DNA of 62,151 nt, counting the filler, from Jimgerdemannia flammicorona (Eukaryota), in assembly GCA_003990765.1 (NCBI GenBank). It is 2 parts of 2 records of this genome, joined end to end, with 100 filler letters (N's around TTAATTAATTAA, not from the genome) between each part and the next. Parts side by side here need not be neighbours in the genome. Positions count along the whole stretch, not along the records: positions 31,129 to 62,151 come from RBNJ01000413.1; 1 more part is not named here. One strand, written 5' to 3'. The translations under genes were made by a program, and so were the position numbers. Positions 34,821 to 49,000 of this stretch are shown here, piece by piece. Position 1 is the stretch's first letter; the number at the start of each line of letters is the position of its first letter. The notes beneath the pieces are model-generated. The model did not search any database and was not told where the DNA came from. It worked only from the letters and a program-made list of their open reading frames with translations.

Positions 34821-35364
34821 TAGTGCTCTGAACAAGTCAATCCGAATGGGATTCAGATGGATTCAAATCAACCATTATTTTGATTTCCAAATTAGACAAT
34901 TAAATGTTTACATCAATAACTTGATGAATAATCATCCAAATTTGATGATCTTAGTGTCATTTTAAAGCCCTTAATAAGGCCTTTCTAATAATACCAAGAA
35001 TATTAAAATCAGATCATGCATTGCCAAGATATTAAGGAAAACATTCTATTTGACAAAATTTCCAAAATCAGTAAATCAAAGAATTTCCAAAATCGGCGAT
35101 TCAGATGATTTCCTTCATAACTCAGCAACACATAATCTTATTTCAATGTTCTTATTGGTATCATTAGATAGGCCTTATTAAGGGCTTTCAAATGACACCA
35201 AGATTATTAAATTTGGATGATTATTCATCAAGTTATTGATGTAAACATTTAATTGTCTAATTTGAAAATCAAAACAATGGTTGATTTGAATCCATCCGGA
35301 TGGGATTCAAATCTCGAATCAATCCGAATCCAATCCAGATTAAATTGACTCATTAGGAGCACTA
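34821..35364. mobile_element. 544-bp hAT MITE nested in the hAT left subterminal region
   Basis: TAGTGCTC...GAGCACTA ends, perfect TSD TCCTCCAA (34813-34820, 35365-35372), ~140-bp internal inverted arms; absent from the paralogous end at 33345-33681. Confidence 0.92.
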
Positions 35365-35519
35365 TCCTCCAATTCAAATCCTTCAATCCAAATCCTCATC
35401 TAAATCCTTCAACCAAATCCTCCAATCCAAATCCTCCACATAACTCATATGCCAGACATATCTACAACACAATACACATACACACATATACAATACACAC
35501 ACATGCATATATATGTATA

Positions 35520-38115
35520 TGCAAACACACAAATATACATATTGACAGATCAGTCTTCAACAGTTCACAGTACTGATGATGCTTCAAGTTAAACATCTCT
35601 GATAGTTCCATATCTTCTATATAATTCTTACTTCAAAATCTGGCAATATTGTGCTAAGATAGGAGATGATGTTATTTTTAATTATTGTAGGTAAAAAATT
35701 AAGACACACCTATTGACACTTTTTGTTTTGACATACATATGATATTGTTTCATCTACTCCTATAAACTGTACCAGCCAGAAGTTCAAAATACTTGATAGT
35801 ATAACTTTGAATATATATTGACACATAAAAGACAAGCACTCTGACAAAATCAAAAAGAATACAGAGATAAATAAAATTGACATCCAAGCTGTAGTGGGTA
35901 TATTTGTCTAATTGCCTGACCATTTCTATATCAACAATACCATTTAATCAAAAATATTTAGTCATACTCTTCAGCAGAATTTCAAATCAGCTCATTTGCT
36001 AGATTATGTGCACAGACCAGCCATTCACAACCATCAAGAGTGATCAATTGCATAGCATCTTTGGCCTCCTCAAGTATGATTTATATTTGCCAAGTACTAA
36101 TACTATTCACAAAGATGTCCTAGAGGCCTATAGGAAGGAGCACAACAATCTCTACCAGATACTTCAGATAAAATAAGGGCAGCACCATAATCTTTGCAAG
36201 CTGAATTATATAAAAAGAGCTCACCAATTTAACCTCACATTCAATAAGCAGAATTTAGCAGACAAAATTTCATTTACAATTGACACATGGATATCCCCCA
36301 ATGCAATTTCATTTCTGGACATTACTGGTCATTGGATTGACCTTGATTAGTAGCTTAAATCTCTCACTCTTAACTTTGTCAAACTTGCTGGCCCTCATTC
36401 TGGAGACAATATCACAGGCTTTTATTAGTTGTATCTGGGAGCTTGGGATTACAACCAAGGTAAAAAAGGGGGGCTTACTGTCAGGTCAGTATTTTGAGAG
36501 AGGTTCTAAAATAAATCAGATTTTATTGGTTATTTATTTTTACATAAATTTGCTGACTGAATATTTCAAGTACAGATTTTGGCCATTATAACAGACAATG
36601 CCACAAATAACTCAACATTTTTCCAAGTTTTAGTGGTCAGCCTCAAACAGAAAAATGTGGCCTTTGGTGCAAAAAGCTATCATATATGATGCCAGGCCCA
36701 TACACTGAACCTTGCTATTCAGAACTATTTTATATATATAGACAAAACATCTGAGAGAGAAGGAGCCCTGAGTATAATTTTCAAGCTATACAAACTGGTT
36801 GTGTTGATCTGATTGTCCTTACAATAATAAGACAAATTTGCTATATAGTATAGGGCAATTAGTTTAGCCCTGAAAGAGCTTATATTGGACATCTGTACAT
36901 ATTAGAACTAAATATTTGCAATGATCTAGTGCACACTGGAGTTTGCTGTAGTATATATCCTTTTTTTCTTCAGTCAGCTGAAGCAACTTGTTTCAGATGA
37001 TTGAAGATTTATTTTTAAAAAAAACAAAAAAAGCCAATAGATTCAACAGTGGCTACCAATAAGGAAATATGGGCCAAGGCTCTAGGTGAAAGTGAGTGAG
37101 ACATACTTAGGAATATTATCAGAGTTTTGGAAGTAAGTAGTGATTGCTCTGGCTCAATACTCATTTTGTCTGCCTCTATACTTGTTTTGTCTGCCTCCAT
37201 ATAATGCAACATCTCACCACATATAACTGCCAGTGTTTTGATGATTGTATGAAGGATATAGTCAAACAAATGACCCTGACAATAAGCTTGGCAATACCAG
37301 TATACAACCTTCTGATTGAGTGACTAGAGGATAAGCTCAAGGACAGGCTGAAGGGTTGCAGTGATTTATAGTTGAGCCTGGATCAGAGAGATGCCATAGA
37401 GGTTGCTCTAAGCAAGCTCAGAAAATTAGACTCCCAAACAGATACCACTATATACTCAATCAGTACAGATATATCAATATTGACATATGGCCATTGTTCC
37501 TTCCAAAATAGAGAAACCCCTACAAAAACTCACTCTTTCTTTTCTTTGAATAGTGCTGGACCCATGCTTAAAGCTACAATACTATAAAGATCAGGGCTGG
37601 GAGCAGCACTTTATTGAGAGAACCAAGCAGGCCATAGTTGAAGTATACCAGAAAAACTATATACTGCTGCAAGATTCTGGTCAAAGTCTGGATGAATATA
37701 CTGAGAGATCCCTTCTGTCCTATATTTACTTCAGCAGAAAGAGGAAGAGGGAGCCATCAGTAGAAGAGCTGCCATCAATAGACAAACTTACTATTTACCT
37801 CACTAGTGACTGTATAATCCTGCTAGAGGGCACAGAGATGCTCAACTAGTGGAAGATAGATTGTCAGACAGGTGTTGGGCCAATTTAACCCACTAATCTA
37901 ATTACTGCTCTATCCACTGGAGTATGCAGTTATGTCAAACAGACTTCTCCAGTCTGTGTGGTATAGCTTGAGACTACCTGGTGATTTCTGTCTCTAGTGC
38001 TCCCATTGAGTAGGTGTTCTCAGGTAGAGTAGACCTTGTTGCCCCAAAGAGGTATGTGTTTAATACTGAGACAATCTGGGTATATATGTGTCTGAAGTCT
38101 TGGTGGGGCTCAGGC
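35520..38115 (+). pseudogene. Intron-containing hAT transposase pseudogene
   Basis: DTWISP, GPHSGDNI, ITDNATNN, HTLNLAIQ, ELILDI, ALSKLRK, LDPCLKLQYY and a C-terminal dimerization-like DYLVISVSSAPIE*VFS; GT...AG introns, e.g. about 36460-36574. Boundaries approximate. Confidence 0.85.
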
Positions 38116-38269
38116 CACTAAAATTCAGCAGGTCTTGGGGATTTGTGAATAAGTTGGTTGGTCTTGTAGAATATTTAATACCTTTCAAAAATAATAAAAA
38201 GGTTAAAAAAGCTAAGGACTCAGCCCAGAGTTTGTGGCTCAAGTGGGGTAGTAGTCAGTGGAGTTAACA

Positions 38270-38790
38270 ATAGTAGTGGAGGGAGCACACAATATTTGTG
38301 GCCCTCTGTCAACAGTAAGGGGTAGCCCCAAGCTATCAGTGCCCAGGTTGATGGGCAGGTCAGTGGGTGGGTGTGGGGTCAGTAAAGAGAGTGTACAAAA
38401 TTTGCAGCCCTCTGCCAGCAGCAAGGGGCAGCTCCAAGTTACAAGTGTCCAGGTTGGGTGGGTTGGTGGAGGGGGGGTAAGTGGGAGAGAGAGTAGGCAG
38501 AGGAGAGATAGACAGAGGGGGGGGTAGGTAGAGGGAGTATGCAAAATTTATGACCCTCTGCCAGCAGCAAGGGACAGCCCCAAGCTATCAGTATCCAGAT
38601 CAGTGGACAGGATCAGTTGGTGGGGTTGGTGAGTATAGAGTTGGCAGAGAGAGTACACAAAATTTACAGCTCTCTGTTGGCAGCAAGGGGCAGCCCTAAG
38701 CTGCAAGTATCTGGAATAGGTGGGGCAGATAGAGAGAGTATGCAAAATTTGTAGTCCTCCACCAGCGGCATAGAGGCAGCCCTAAGCCAC
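38270..38790. repeat. Degenerate tandem repeat (about 5 units of 85-145 bp) inside the hAT
   Basis: Recurrent core CAAAATTT...CCCTCTGCCAGCAGCAAGGGGCAGCCCCAAGCT near 38290, 38397, 38542, 38658, 38743. Confidence 0.75.
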
Positions 38791-41700
38791 TAAGGAGTCT
38801 GGATCGGAGAGTACTTCTGGTGGTCAGAGGGTACTTCTGGCAGTTGGAGGGTGCTTCTGATAGTTGGAGGACATTTCTAGTAATTGGAGGATACTTCTGG
38901 TGATTAAAGTCCACTATAAATTTGGGCCCCATCACTGGTTCGAGTCTCATAGGCACCCTGGCCCTGTGCCACAGTACTGCACTGGCAGCACTGCAGAGCA
39001 AGACTAAGGGGCCAGTAGGGCCCTGCATAATGGCTAGGCTAGTGCTACAGAAGAGGTGCTCAGCCCAACCCCCTATATAAGACTGCCCAACCTATACAAA
39101 ATGACTACCTAACCCTCATGAAAGACTGCCTATTCCTCATAAAAGATTGTCTAACCCTCACAAAAACTGCTCCACCTACCAGTTCCAGGCCTTGATGAGC
39201 CTATCATCTATTGTAAGTGCAACAACTATTGTGTCTGAGCTCTCCTTGAAGATGATGGTATTGTGGTAGTTATGTGGTTAGAAGAGAATAGCTGTGTTGG
39301 CTGCAAATGGGACTCCAAAACCATAGGTAAGGTCATACCAGACTTCTCTGCTATCCTTCCAGGTTGGGCCCTTTCTTTCCAGAATATAAAACATTACTAG
39401 GGTGATATTGTTATCTGTGTATGTAGGTAGAGAAATATTGTGCCCAATATATCCTAATGTGATATGAGTATATAATTGGGTGAACTCTTGGTCTAGGATC
39501 TCATACTGCCAGGCTGTATTGGTGGACACCTGCTCTTAGTCCAGCCCCAGGAGCCCTGGCTTGGAAACCTGCCAAAATGAATGGCAACCAGTCAGTTCTT
39601 TTTGTGTGCAGGGGAGCAGAAACCCCCCAGGCTGCAGAAATCCCCCAGGCTATAGCACTTCAAAAAAGTGAAGCTCCTCACCTCATATGGTATGCTAAAT
39701 TGTGCCAAGAATGTATACACAGCTGCACTGAGATCACTACTAAGCTGGTCTGCCATATGCTCTACCAATCTGCTCAAAGAACCCCAGATCATAGCTGCTA
39801 TTACCATATAGGCCATGTCATGCTCATATATAGTTTGCTCTTCAACAGTACTTCTAAAGTTCTAGTAGAAATACAGAATCTTGTGCATCCCTGGAATTAT
39901 ATCAAAAAGAGTATATTAGTAAAGAGTGTAATTTATCTGGAGAGGAGAAAAAAAAAAGAGAGATGAGTATAGGGAATTTCAGAACTCTGGAACCCACTCT
40001 TTGCCAGTATTGCAGTATATACAATTTCTGTCCAAACCTCCCCTCCTTGCTTTTTTCACCCCCTCTTTCCTACCACCTGGTATTTGACACAATCCTTACA
40101 AATCTCATTGATATGGTGGTAAAGCTTATCACTATAGAGATTCCTTACCATCATCACAACTACCTCTCTATATTCATTAATAATGATATAGTTCTCTTCA
40201 TCATTGGTTACTCCTACTGGCCAATGGACCTCTTGGTCAAGAATGATTGATTCTGATTTGAATATAGACCCCCAAGCCTTGATGATGATGCTAGTACTAC
40301 TCATGCTGAACATCTTGCCCTCAAATTTCTCTATTTGATCAGATACTGGATATGGTTAAACTTAGATAACTTTGAACTCTCCTTTTCAATGGAACTGAGC
40401 CCTGATCTGAGAGACTGAAATAAGTGTACAGATGGGTTGCATGTAGATGGATTGTATGTGAGCAGGTTATATGTAGGCATGGGTGTTTTTTAGAGGAAGA
40501 TCACATAAAAAATAAAATTAAATAAAACACAGAGATGGATATTTCAGAAAAAGAGTATGAGTGAGTGAGCTGTATGCTAATAAGTTGTATGCCAATGAGT
40601 TGTATAAGTTGCACAAGATTTCTCATAAAAACTTACTTCTATTCCTTTTGAGACCTCCACTATATAATGTATTGACTCAACAGCTCAGCCACCAAAGATA
40701 TGCCCTGTAATGTCTGCCAGCCTTTCTTTATCTTGACTAGATATTGCAAATAAAGTTGGCAGATCTCACTGTAGAGCTGTAGACCCTAAGAAAAGTATAA
40801 GGTGAATTGAGTCATACTGGGAAATTTAAATAAATATAAGTAAATATGTGGCAGCCAAGTGAGCAATCTATATCTACTATTGGCTACTCCAAAAAGACTG
40901 CTATATACATAGATGTGAGATCTGTGAATTCTGAGGTCTGAAGGGCTGCTGTGAGTTGTTGCTGAAATTCTCTCTCATCTCTGCTATCATTACTATCATC
41001 GCTATTGCCATTGTCATCACTATCACCACTACCATCACCACTGCTGTTACCTCTTTGGCTCTCAATGAATAGCTTGTGTGCTGTCTATATGAGAAAGAAT
41101 CTAACATTGTCAGCAGAGAGTGCATTTCTACCTCAAATACTCCCTCTTTTAATGATTATTGTAGGGTAAAAAATGAGTAGACTGGACCAATATATGAATT
41201 AAGAGCTGCTGTTTTGTTTGCTCATGATGTGGTAGAAAAGAACAAAGAAAAAGAACTAAGAAAAGAGAGAGAATAAAAGGAAAGGGTGATGTCACCAAAG
41301 TGTAGCAGAAAAAAAAAAACAAGAGTAAAATGAACAAAAGAAAGGGTAATGTCACCAAAGATTTCAATCTGGATCAATTCGGATAGATCAATCTGGATCA
41401 GATCATGAGACCAATCTGAGTTGATTTGAATCCATCACATGACAAACCTGAATCAAATCTCATCTAGATCAACTCCATCTATTTGGAGCACTAGGGGTGA
41501 GTATATAGATTGGGTGAAGGGTCTTTAGGAGAGTGGGGCCCTTACAGAGACAGGAGTGGATATGCTTGAAGGGGACTTTAATATGATCAGAGATGTACTA
41601 GTAGATAGAACCAACAGAGGGCAGAGGGTTGAGGGTAGGAGTGGAGGTCTGAAGATATAGGAGGAAGTAGAAAGGCTAAATGCTCTGGTAGATACTGGCA

Positions 41701-44700
41701 GAGAGTTTTGGAGTAATAGAAGGGTATATACACACTGGAAAAGTGACCTGGAGACAAGGATTGACTGAGTTCTGAGAGCAAACTACTAGAGCTTAGAGGT
41801 TTGGAAGTCATTGGAGGCTAAGTGGTATCTATAGTCTGATCATTAGGGGCTGCTGAGACAGGGATATTTTGGGGGGAGTGGGAATGGGCCTGGACATTGG
41901 CATCTCAATTCCTCTTTGTTGGATGATAAGATACTAAGGGATAAGTGAGCTGGGGACATTTGGCAGAGAGTAGAAGGTTGGATACAAGAAGGAGCCTCAG
42001 TTAGTATCCAGTAGATAAGGATGAAAGGAGCTGCTAGAGTCTACTGGAGTAAGGCTAGCAAGGTGGCTAGAAGATGAAGGAGAAAGAGAATGATGTGGGC
42101 TTCTACCAGATTGGCTAGGCTTCTGGAAGATTGGACTGGTCTGTTGGCCCTAGAGAGGGTGGAGGACTAAAGACTATTGCAGGTGAAAATAGAGATCAAG
42201 GAGTTACAACAGATGTTGCAGAAGGAGGAGAAGATACAGATACAGAGTTTGGTAGTGCAGTTACATTGGCAGGAGCTGGAAGAAAGAGAGAGACCTTCTA
42301 AGTATCTCACAAGAGCCCTTTGAGTGAGGAGAGAAAAGCAGAGATGGGAGGGAGTATTATATTCTGATGGTCAGTTGGTACATAGTATACAAGATATTCT
42401 CAGATCATTAAAGGAGAGGTGAAGTGACTTGTGGAGTGAGGAAGAGGGTGGGGCTGATGCTACCACCATTGACCAGATCTTGGAGGATTGGTATCTACTA
42501 TAAGCAAAAGGGCTGGACAGTTTAGTGATATCTATACAGGAGGAGGAGATTTACTAGGTTCTTACTGTGACTATACTTGACATGGCACTAGGAGAGGATG
42601 GTCTGCTCTGGGACTTTTGGAAGAGAATGATCGAAGTTCAGAGAGTATTGAGAGAGCTGATGAAACTTTGTGACTTAATACTATGTACAGTCAGGAAGAT
42701 GGGTGGGTGAGCAGGATCTGGAGCTAGTGGTACTGTTTTATAAGAACAAGGGCAGAAGAGAGGACTGGAAGAACTAGTAGCTGATTATGCTTCTGGATAT
42801 AGACAGAAAGTTGGTTACTAAGGTGGTAGTAGCAAGGCTACAGAAGGTAGCTCAGCAAGTCTTAGATGAGGAGCAGTGGGGCTTTGTAGGGGGCTGGCTT
42901 ATTAGAGATAGCACAGCTTGGGTACATAGCATTATTGAAGGAGTATAAGCCTGTAGACTGGTTTTTCTGGATCAGAAGAAGACATATGACCATATTTGGT
43001 GGATCTGGTTGATGAAGGTATTGAATAGAATTCTCTCACCAGTTCCAGATAGCAATGGTTAGCCTACTGAAAGAGAGTCAAGCTGCACTCATATACAATG
43101 AGTATAGAGGGGTAGCATTCTTCTGAATAGAGGTATTCCCCAGGGGGACCCACTGTCTCCCATTCTGTATACTCTTTCTTTAGAGCCTTTGATAGATAGG
43201 ATTCAGCAGAGAATAGTTAAGCTCTCAGTATTCAAGATTGGGTGGAAAGTTGGAGCCTTTGCAGATGATATAGTGGTTGGTCTAGGATTGATCACAGATA
43301 TCAAGAAACTCAAGAAGATGGTAGAGTGATATGAGGCACACTCTGGGGCTAAACTCAATTGGTATAAGTGTGAAATAATAGTGTTAGACAATAGTTTGAT
43401 AGGAGGGGATGTCATTGGAACAATTATCTCTGCTGGAGAGATAGTATATTACTTGGGTATTTATCTGTCAGTATATGGGTCAGTCCTACTGAGACCTTAG
43501 TGAGAACAGAGGATTGTGATCTGGGAGGAGGTTCTGTAGAGTTAGAGAGGACACTACTTATCTCTGGTGGAGTATGTTTCAATTTTAAATATCTACTGAC
43601 TACCAAAGTTGTAATATTTGGCTTATTACCTAGACTTTCTAGCCTAAGTGGTAAAAAGGCTATTGAAATCAACTAAGGGGTGGATCTGGACTAGGAGAAG
43701 GAGTCAGATTAGCTGGGAAATCTTGTCTTTGCTAGTGGCTAGAACTGGTTGACTTTCTGAAGAGGTTGTACTGTCTGAGAGTATGGTGGCTGAAGAGAGC
43801 TGTAGAGCTGTGAGGGGATAGCTGAGTTCCCCTAATGAAGAAGGTCTGAGAGATAAGATCCTTACTAAGAGACTCTACAGAAGATCTACTGTCCTTGGTT
43901 AGGCTTCTGAACAATAAATATATGCAGTATAAAGGCTTCTGATAGGAGGTAGCAGATGGGGTATACTGTAATGAAATTCACTAGAGAGGAAATAAAGGAG
44001 AGATACCTTGGGGCCCAGTGATGTAGAGATGAGACAGAGTATTATTGGAGAGTGTCCCCTTAATTGATTTTGATATTGATGATAGGGTTGAGTATCAGAG
44101 AGGGCTAGGACAGGATTTATAATCCAGAGGATAGCAGTTGGCTGGAATTAGGGAAGAGTGAGACTGAAATGGGGTCTGGGCCTAGTGTACTGAGGTATGG
44201 CAATGGCTGCCACTGAAGTACTGAGTGGTCTGATGACATATAATATAGAGAAATATCATGCTCAACTTTTGCTCAGACCATCTTATAGAGAGGGGTAGCT
44301 TTGACTATAAGGAGTACTATAATATAAGACAGGAAGGAGAATTTGTACAGATATTAGAATATTAGCTAGAAGAGTGTGAGGTACTTAGAAATTTTTGGCT
44401 AGTAGTTGGAAATTTATTGAATATCATATATAGAGGGGATGGTGAGAGGAGTTAGTGGGAGAATTTGAGAGAGAGATTGATAGGGGGGTGGGAAAGGAGT
44501 GGCTTAATATAGGATAAGTGTTGGCTGTTTGGGTGAGACTAGCAGGTCACTGATTGTTTGTTTTCAAGAAAGAGAGATATTTAGGCTTAGAGGTATTTGG
44601 GCTTAGAGGTATAGCTATTGAGATGGAAAGGGTTGATGGAGGATATTCTGACAGGCTGGTGGTTAGGTTGAGGTCTGCAGAGTAGTCAGCAGTATTACTT

Positions 44701-44869
44701 AGTAGAGAAAATCTGTAGACAGAGTGAGGGAAGAGTTGGAGTAATAGGTAGTAGAGTAGTATTTAAGTATAAAGGTATGGAGAGGAGGGCTCTTCTATGG
44801 GAATTGGGTAGTGAGAGGAGATAATATAACTATATCAATAGATTAGTAATAAATGATAAGTCCAAGTGA

Positions 44870-44916
<47 letters not shown>

Positions 44917-44919
<3 letters not shown>

Positions 44920-46050
44920 ATCTTGGACTAGTTGACTTCTCAAAGAGACTTCATTATCTGAAAGTATAGTGGCTGAAGAGAGCTATGGAACTGAGGGGAA
45001 GTGGCTGAATTCCTCTGATACAAAAGGTCTAAGAGATGAGATTTTACCAAGGAGCTCTTCTGGAGATCTATTGTTCTTAGTTGGGCTTAGAAGTAGTGAG
45101 TACATGTAGTATAAGGGCTTCTGGGGGGGGGGGGGGGGGTTATTGATGGGGTATACTGCATCAGTCTTCACTGGCAGAGGGCTGAGAGAGAGATACCATA
45201 GAGTCTAGTGATATAAAGATGAGACCATATATTGTTGGGGGGTACTCTGCTAATTGACTTTTGATATTAGTGATGAAGTAGAGTATCAAAGAGAGTTAGG
45301 ACAGGATGCATGGCCTAGTGGCTAGCAGATAGTAAGTATTAGAGAGGAGTGAAACTAGAATAGAATCTGGATCTAGAGTACAGAGGTGTAGTATTGGCTG
45401 CCATCTAAGTTCTGGGTAGTATTGTGGTACTTGCTGAGAAGGAATATCATGCTCAACTTTGCTCAGGCCACCTTATGGAGGGGGGACAATTTGAGTGTGA
45501 GAAGTGTTATAATGTAGAATAGAAAGGGGGTTTTGTATAGATATTAGAACATTGGCTTAGGAAGTGTAAGATACTTGGAGACTTCTGGTTAGTAGTTGAA
45601 ACTTGATTGAGAGTAGTGAGGAGAGGAGTTGATGAGCAAGGTTAGATAAAGAGATTTGAAAGATCAATTAGTAGGGGGGATTAGTAATGAGTAGTTTATA
45701 GTTAAATGGATTTTAGCTATATATTGGTTGTTTGTTTTTGAGGAAAGAAGACAATTGAGTTTAGGGGAGCAGCTGTCAAGATAGGAAGGGTTGATGATAG
45801 ATGTCTTGATAGATTGATAGCTGGGATGGGGTCTGTAGGAGAGTCATCAGTGGTACTTGGTAGAGAAGATTTGTGAGTAGAGTGGGGAGAGGGTTATAGT
45901 GGTAGATGATAAGGTGATCTTCAAGTCTGAGAGTATGGAGAGAGACCCCCCTAGGGGGGATTGGGTAGTAAACTGGGGTACTGTATTTATATTTGATAGA
46001 CTGATAATAAATAGTAAAGTCTAAGAGATTACAAAAAAAAAAAAAAAAAA
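44917..46050 (+). mobile_element. 5'-truncated L1/Tx1-like LINE 3' portion with poly(A), in tandem after the previous tail
   Basis: Aligns with about 43745-44870; poly(A) 46033-46050. Confidence 0.85.
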
Positions 46051-49000
46051 GAGAAATGCAAATAAATTGAATAGTAGTTAAACTGAACATTGAGCCAGAA
46101 TATTGTTAAAGATAAAGAAATATATAGTATATAAATATCCAGTAGTACATTGAGCTATATAAGTTAGCAAAAAATCTATATAAATCATATACTACATTTT
46201 GAGGGCTCAACTGAGAAAGTTTTCTAAAGACTTGATCATTTGGCTCAAGAACTTAGCAGCTATTTACAGTGGAGAATTTATGAGAAACTAGTCAACAGCA
46301 GCCTACTTCAGGAAGAGAAGCACCCACCATTATCAAGATGGCCCTTATTCTGTTTAGAACTAGTAGTCAAGAAACTTAATCAGAAGAAGGAAGTGATACA
46401 GATTACAGTTTGACCTTAAAAGAAAGAAGAAGGCTCAGAGGATAATCTGAGCCTATCTAAGGCCTAGAACAAGAAGAAGATTTTTCTGAAGAATACCAGA
46501 CCCTGATCTACAGAAGAGATTTAGACAGAAGTGATTATATTACTACTATCATTACTTAAACCACTCTGCTGGATCAAGTATGCTTTGAAATATCTGAAGG
46601 AGAAGAAGACTATCATTCTTATCTTCTAGAATAAGAGGAAGATGATGATGGGGAAAATCAATCAGACTGCTCAAGAGACAAATTCAACCTTTATTACTAC
46701 TCAGACAGAAATATAGACTCTCAGCAAGATGAACAGAACTCTACTACTTCACAATAGCAAGAGGTAGACCAACTGAACATTAGCTATATTAGTTCTATTC
46801 CTATTGCCAGAACCTTAGCACTTTAGTCCTTCATACTTCATTACTACCCATAAGAAACAAGAAGCTCAAGCTCTCTCAGAACCTCAGTATTTAGTGATCA
46901 CTATCACTCAATCAGAGGACTACTACTATCAAGAACCTCTATATCAGCTTTAATTAGAAGGGCCAGACTCCTTATACCTTCACCAAGACACCAGCCTCTG
47001 CTACTACCACCAGCTCATCAAGCATCTCTACTATCTCTCTTCCAAGTATCTACTCTGGAACCAGACTCAGACAGTGAAAACAAATCAGAGATGAGCTATC
47101 TTCAGAAATTCTATAGTGCAGACAGTGAAGATGTTGAGGAATTCCTCAGAGAAATTGAAGTACAAGTAGTAATAAAGCAGTAGGATACCCAGAGAAAGCT
47201 CAGAATTGTAGAATTACTTCTGAGAGATTCTGCCCTATAGAAGTATAACCAAAAAAGACAAATTAGAGAAGAAATCCATATAACAGAATAAGCCAACAAT
47301 CTCTAAGCAAATAGAGATCATACAGATAGATACAATATCCTTATGACCTAGCTCCACACTTAGTTCAATAGTCTTGATCATTAATAAGAAGCACAAGAGG
47401 CTTTGATCTATATGAGCCAAGCTACTAATGAAACTTCAAAAAGCTTCTATCATCAAATTTAAGCTCAGATGATTAAGAAAAACTTACAATCTATAGTCCA
47501 ACTAGCTCTAGCCTCAACTATCTACTATAATGGAATATTCCCAAAGCTTTGAAGACAAGTTATTAGGATAGACTATTGAAGTATTAAATAATAAGTTGCT
47601 AGAGTACAAGAATGCTAAGAAGCAAACTATAGATCATTTCAGCAGACTCAAGAATATTGAGAACCAGTTCAAGCTGAAACCTCAAGGACTTGTAGAATGA
47701 CTCCAGAACAAGAGAATGCCTACTTAAGAGCCTAGTTGGCCAACTATGAGACCAAACCCCCATTCTCAATCCCAACTCAGTATAGATAACAACAGCAGTC
47801 TCTACCAAGAACTCAAGAAGACCCTATAATAATACTTACTAAACAAATGAAAGATCTAGCTATTACAGTTGCTTAGTTAAAGAACTAAAGAGAAAGATAG
47901 CAAGATTATCATCAAGATAATAGACCAGACTATTGGTAGTAAGATAATAGAAACTCTACTCAGACTCCATCAGTTTCAACTATAGATTCACCAGCAATAG
48001 GTTTCTATACCTTAACTTGTTTTAGCTGTAGAAATCAAGATTATATTCAGAGATTCTGTCCAAAGAAACAGACTCTATCCAATGATAGAAATATCAACCT
48101 CATTCAGATGGATGAAGAAACTTAAGAAATAGATGAAGAAGTTGTCTGACTTTGTAGTCAAGATGATATCTATCTATACTTTGAAGTCTTTTCCTATAAG
48201 GTGACTTGGGATAGAGCACCTATTCAGACCAGAGGATGAGAAAGACCCTCAAAGAACTCTACTTCAACCACTATTATCAGTAACCATATCTACAGGCAAA
48301 TATCTGAGACATAATCATTTTTCCTTAGATATATCTCAGAAAAATAATAAGAGAGTTAGAAGAGACACTTCTGAACCAGAAGCTGGCCCATCAAGAGTAT
48401 TAAGAAGTATCTCTCTATCTGATCTCAAAGAAGAAGAGTATATGAGCATAGAATCTTCAGCTGATAAAATGCTCAATAAAAATGAGAGAATTCACTCTAA
48501 GAGATCTAGACATCAAAGAAGTAATAAATTCCATGAAGCAGCATTATTTTGAAAATATCTTTACACTCAGAATACAGGTCTTACATTCAAATAAGTCCTT
48601 AAGAATATATTAAAAGTTAGGTGAAAATTTCTCAAAGAAGCTAAATAAGATACCAAGAGAGTTCTTATCTAAGAACTACATATGTATACTAGAGCCTAGT
48701 ACTATCTATATAGTTCATAAATACCAGTACTAAGAACATTAATCCACAAGACTGGCTAATGGAAAAGTATATAGTGAAAATACTAGAACTCTTATTGATA
48801 CTAGAGCAGTGGTTTATATCATCACTCAGTAGATGTTAGAATAGATTGGATGGGAAATTGATAAAGGAACTAAGGCAAGAGTTATTATGGCAAATAGATC
48901 AGCATCTATCTCTCAGAGATATATCTATTCAAGTTGGAAAGACTTACCTCAATATCTCTCAAGCCATTGTAACCCCAGTAACCTTTTATGATCTAATCTT

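Larger units (their letters stand above)
34604..41493 (+). mobile_element. Complete ~6.9-kb hAT transposon (degenerate)
   Basis: Ends TAGTGCTCTGAATA / TATTTGGAGCACTA; 8-bp TSD GGAGTGAG (34596-34603) / GGGGTGAG (41494-41501); GAATC/GATTC-type subterminal repeats at both ends. Confidence 0.9.
33682..44916 (+). mobile_element. L1/Tx1-like LINE (ORF1 end, APE, RT, CCHC region, poly(A)) split by the hAT at 34604-41493
   Basis: Sequence is continuous across the hAT TSD when compared with 53265-53305; FLDQKKTYD, RGIPQGDPLSPILY, GAFADD at about 42960-43270; poly(A) 44878-44916. Confidence 0.87.
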
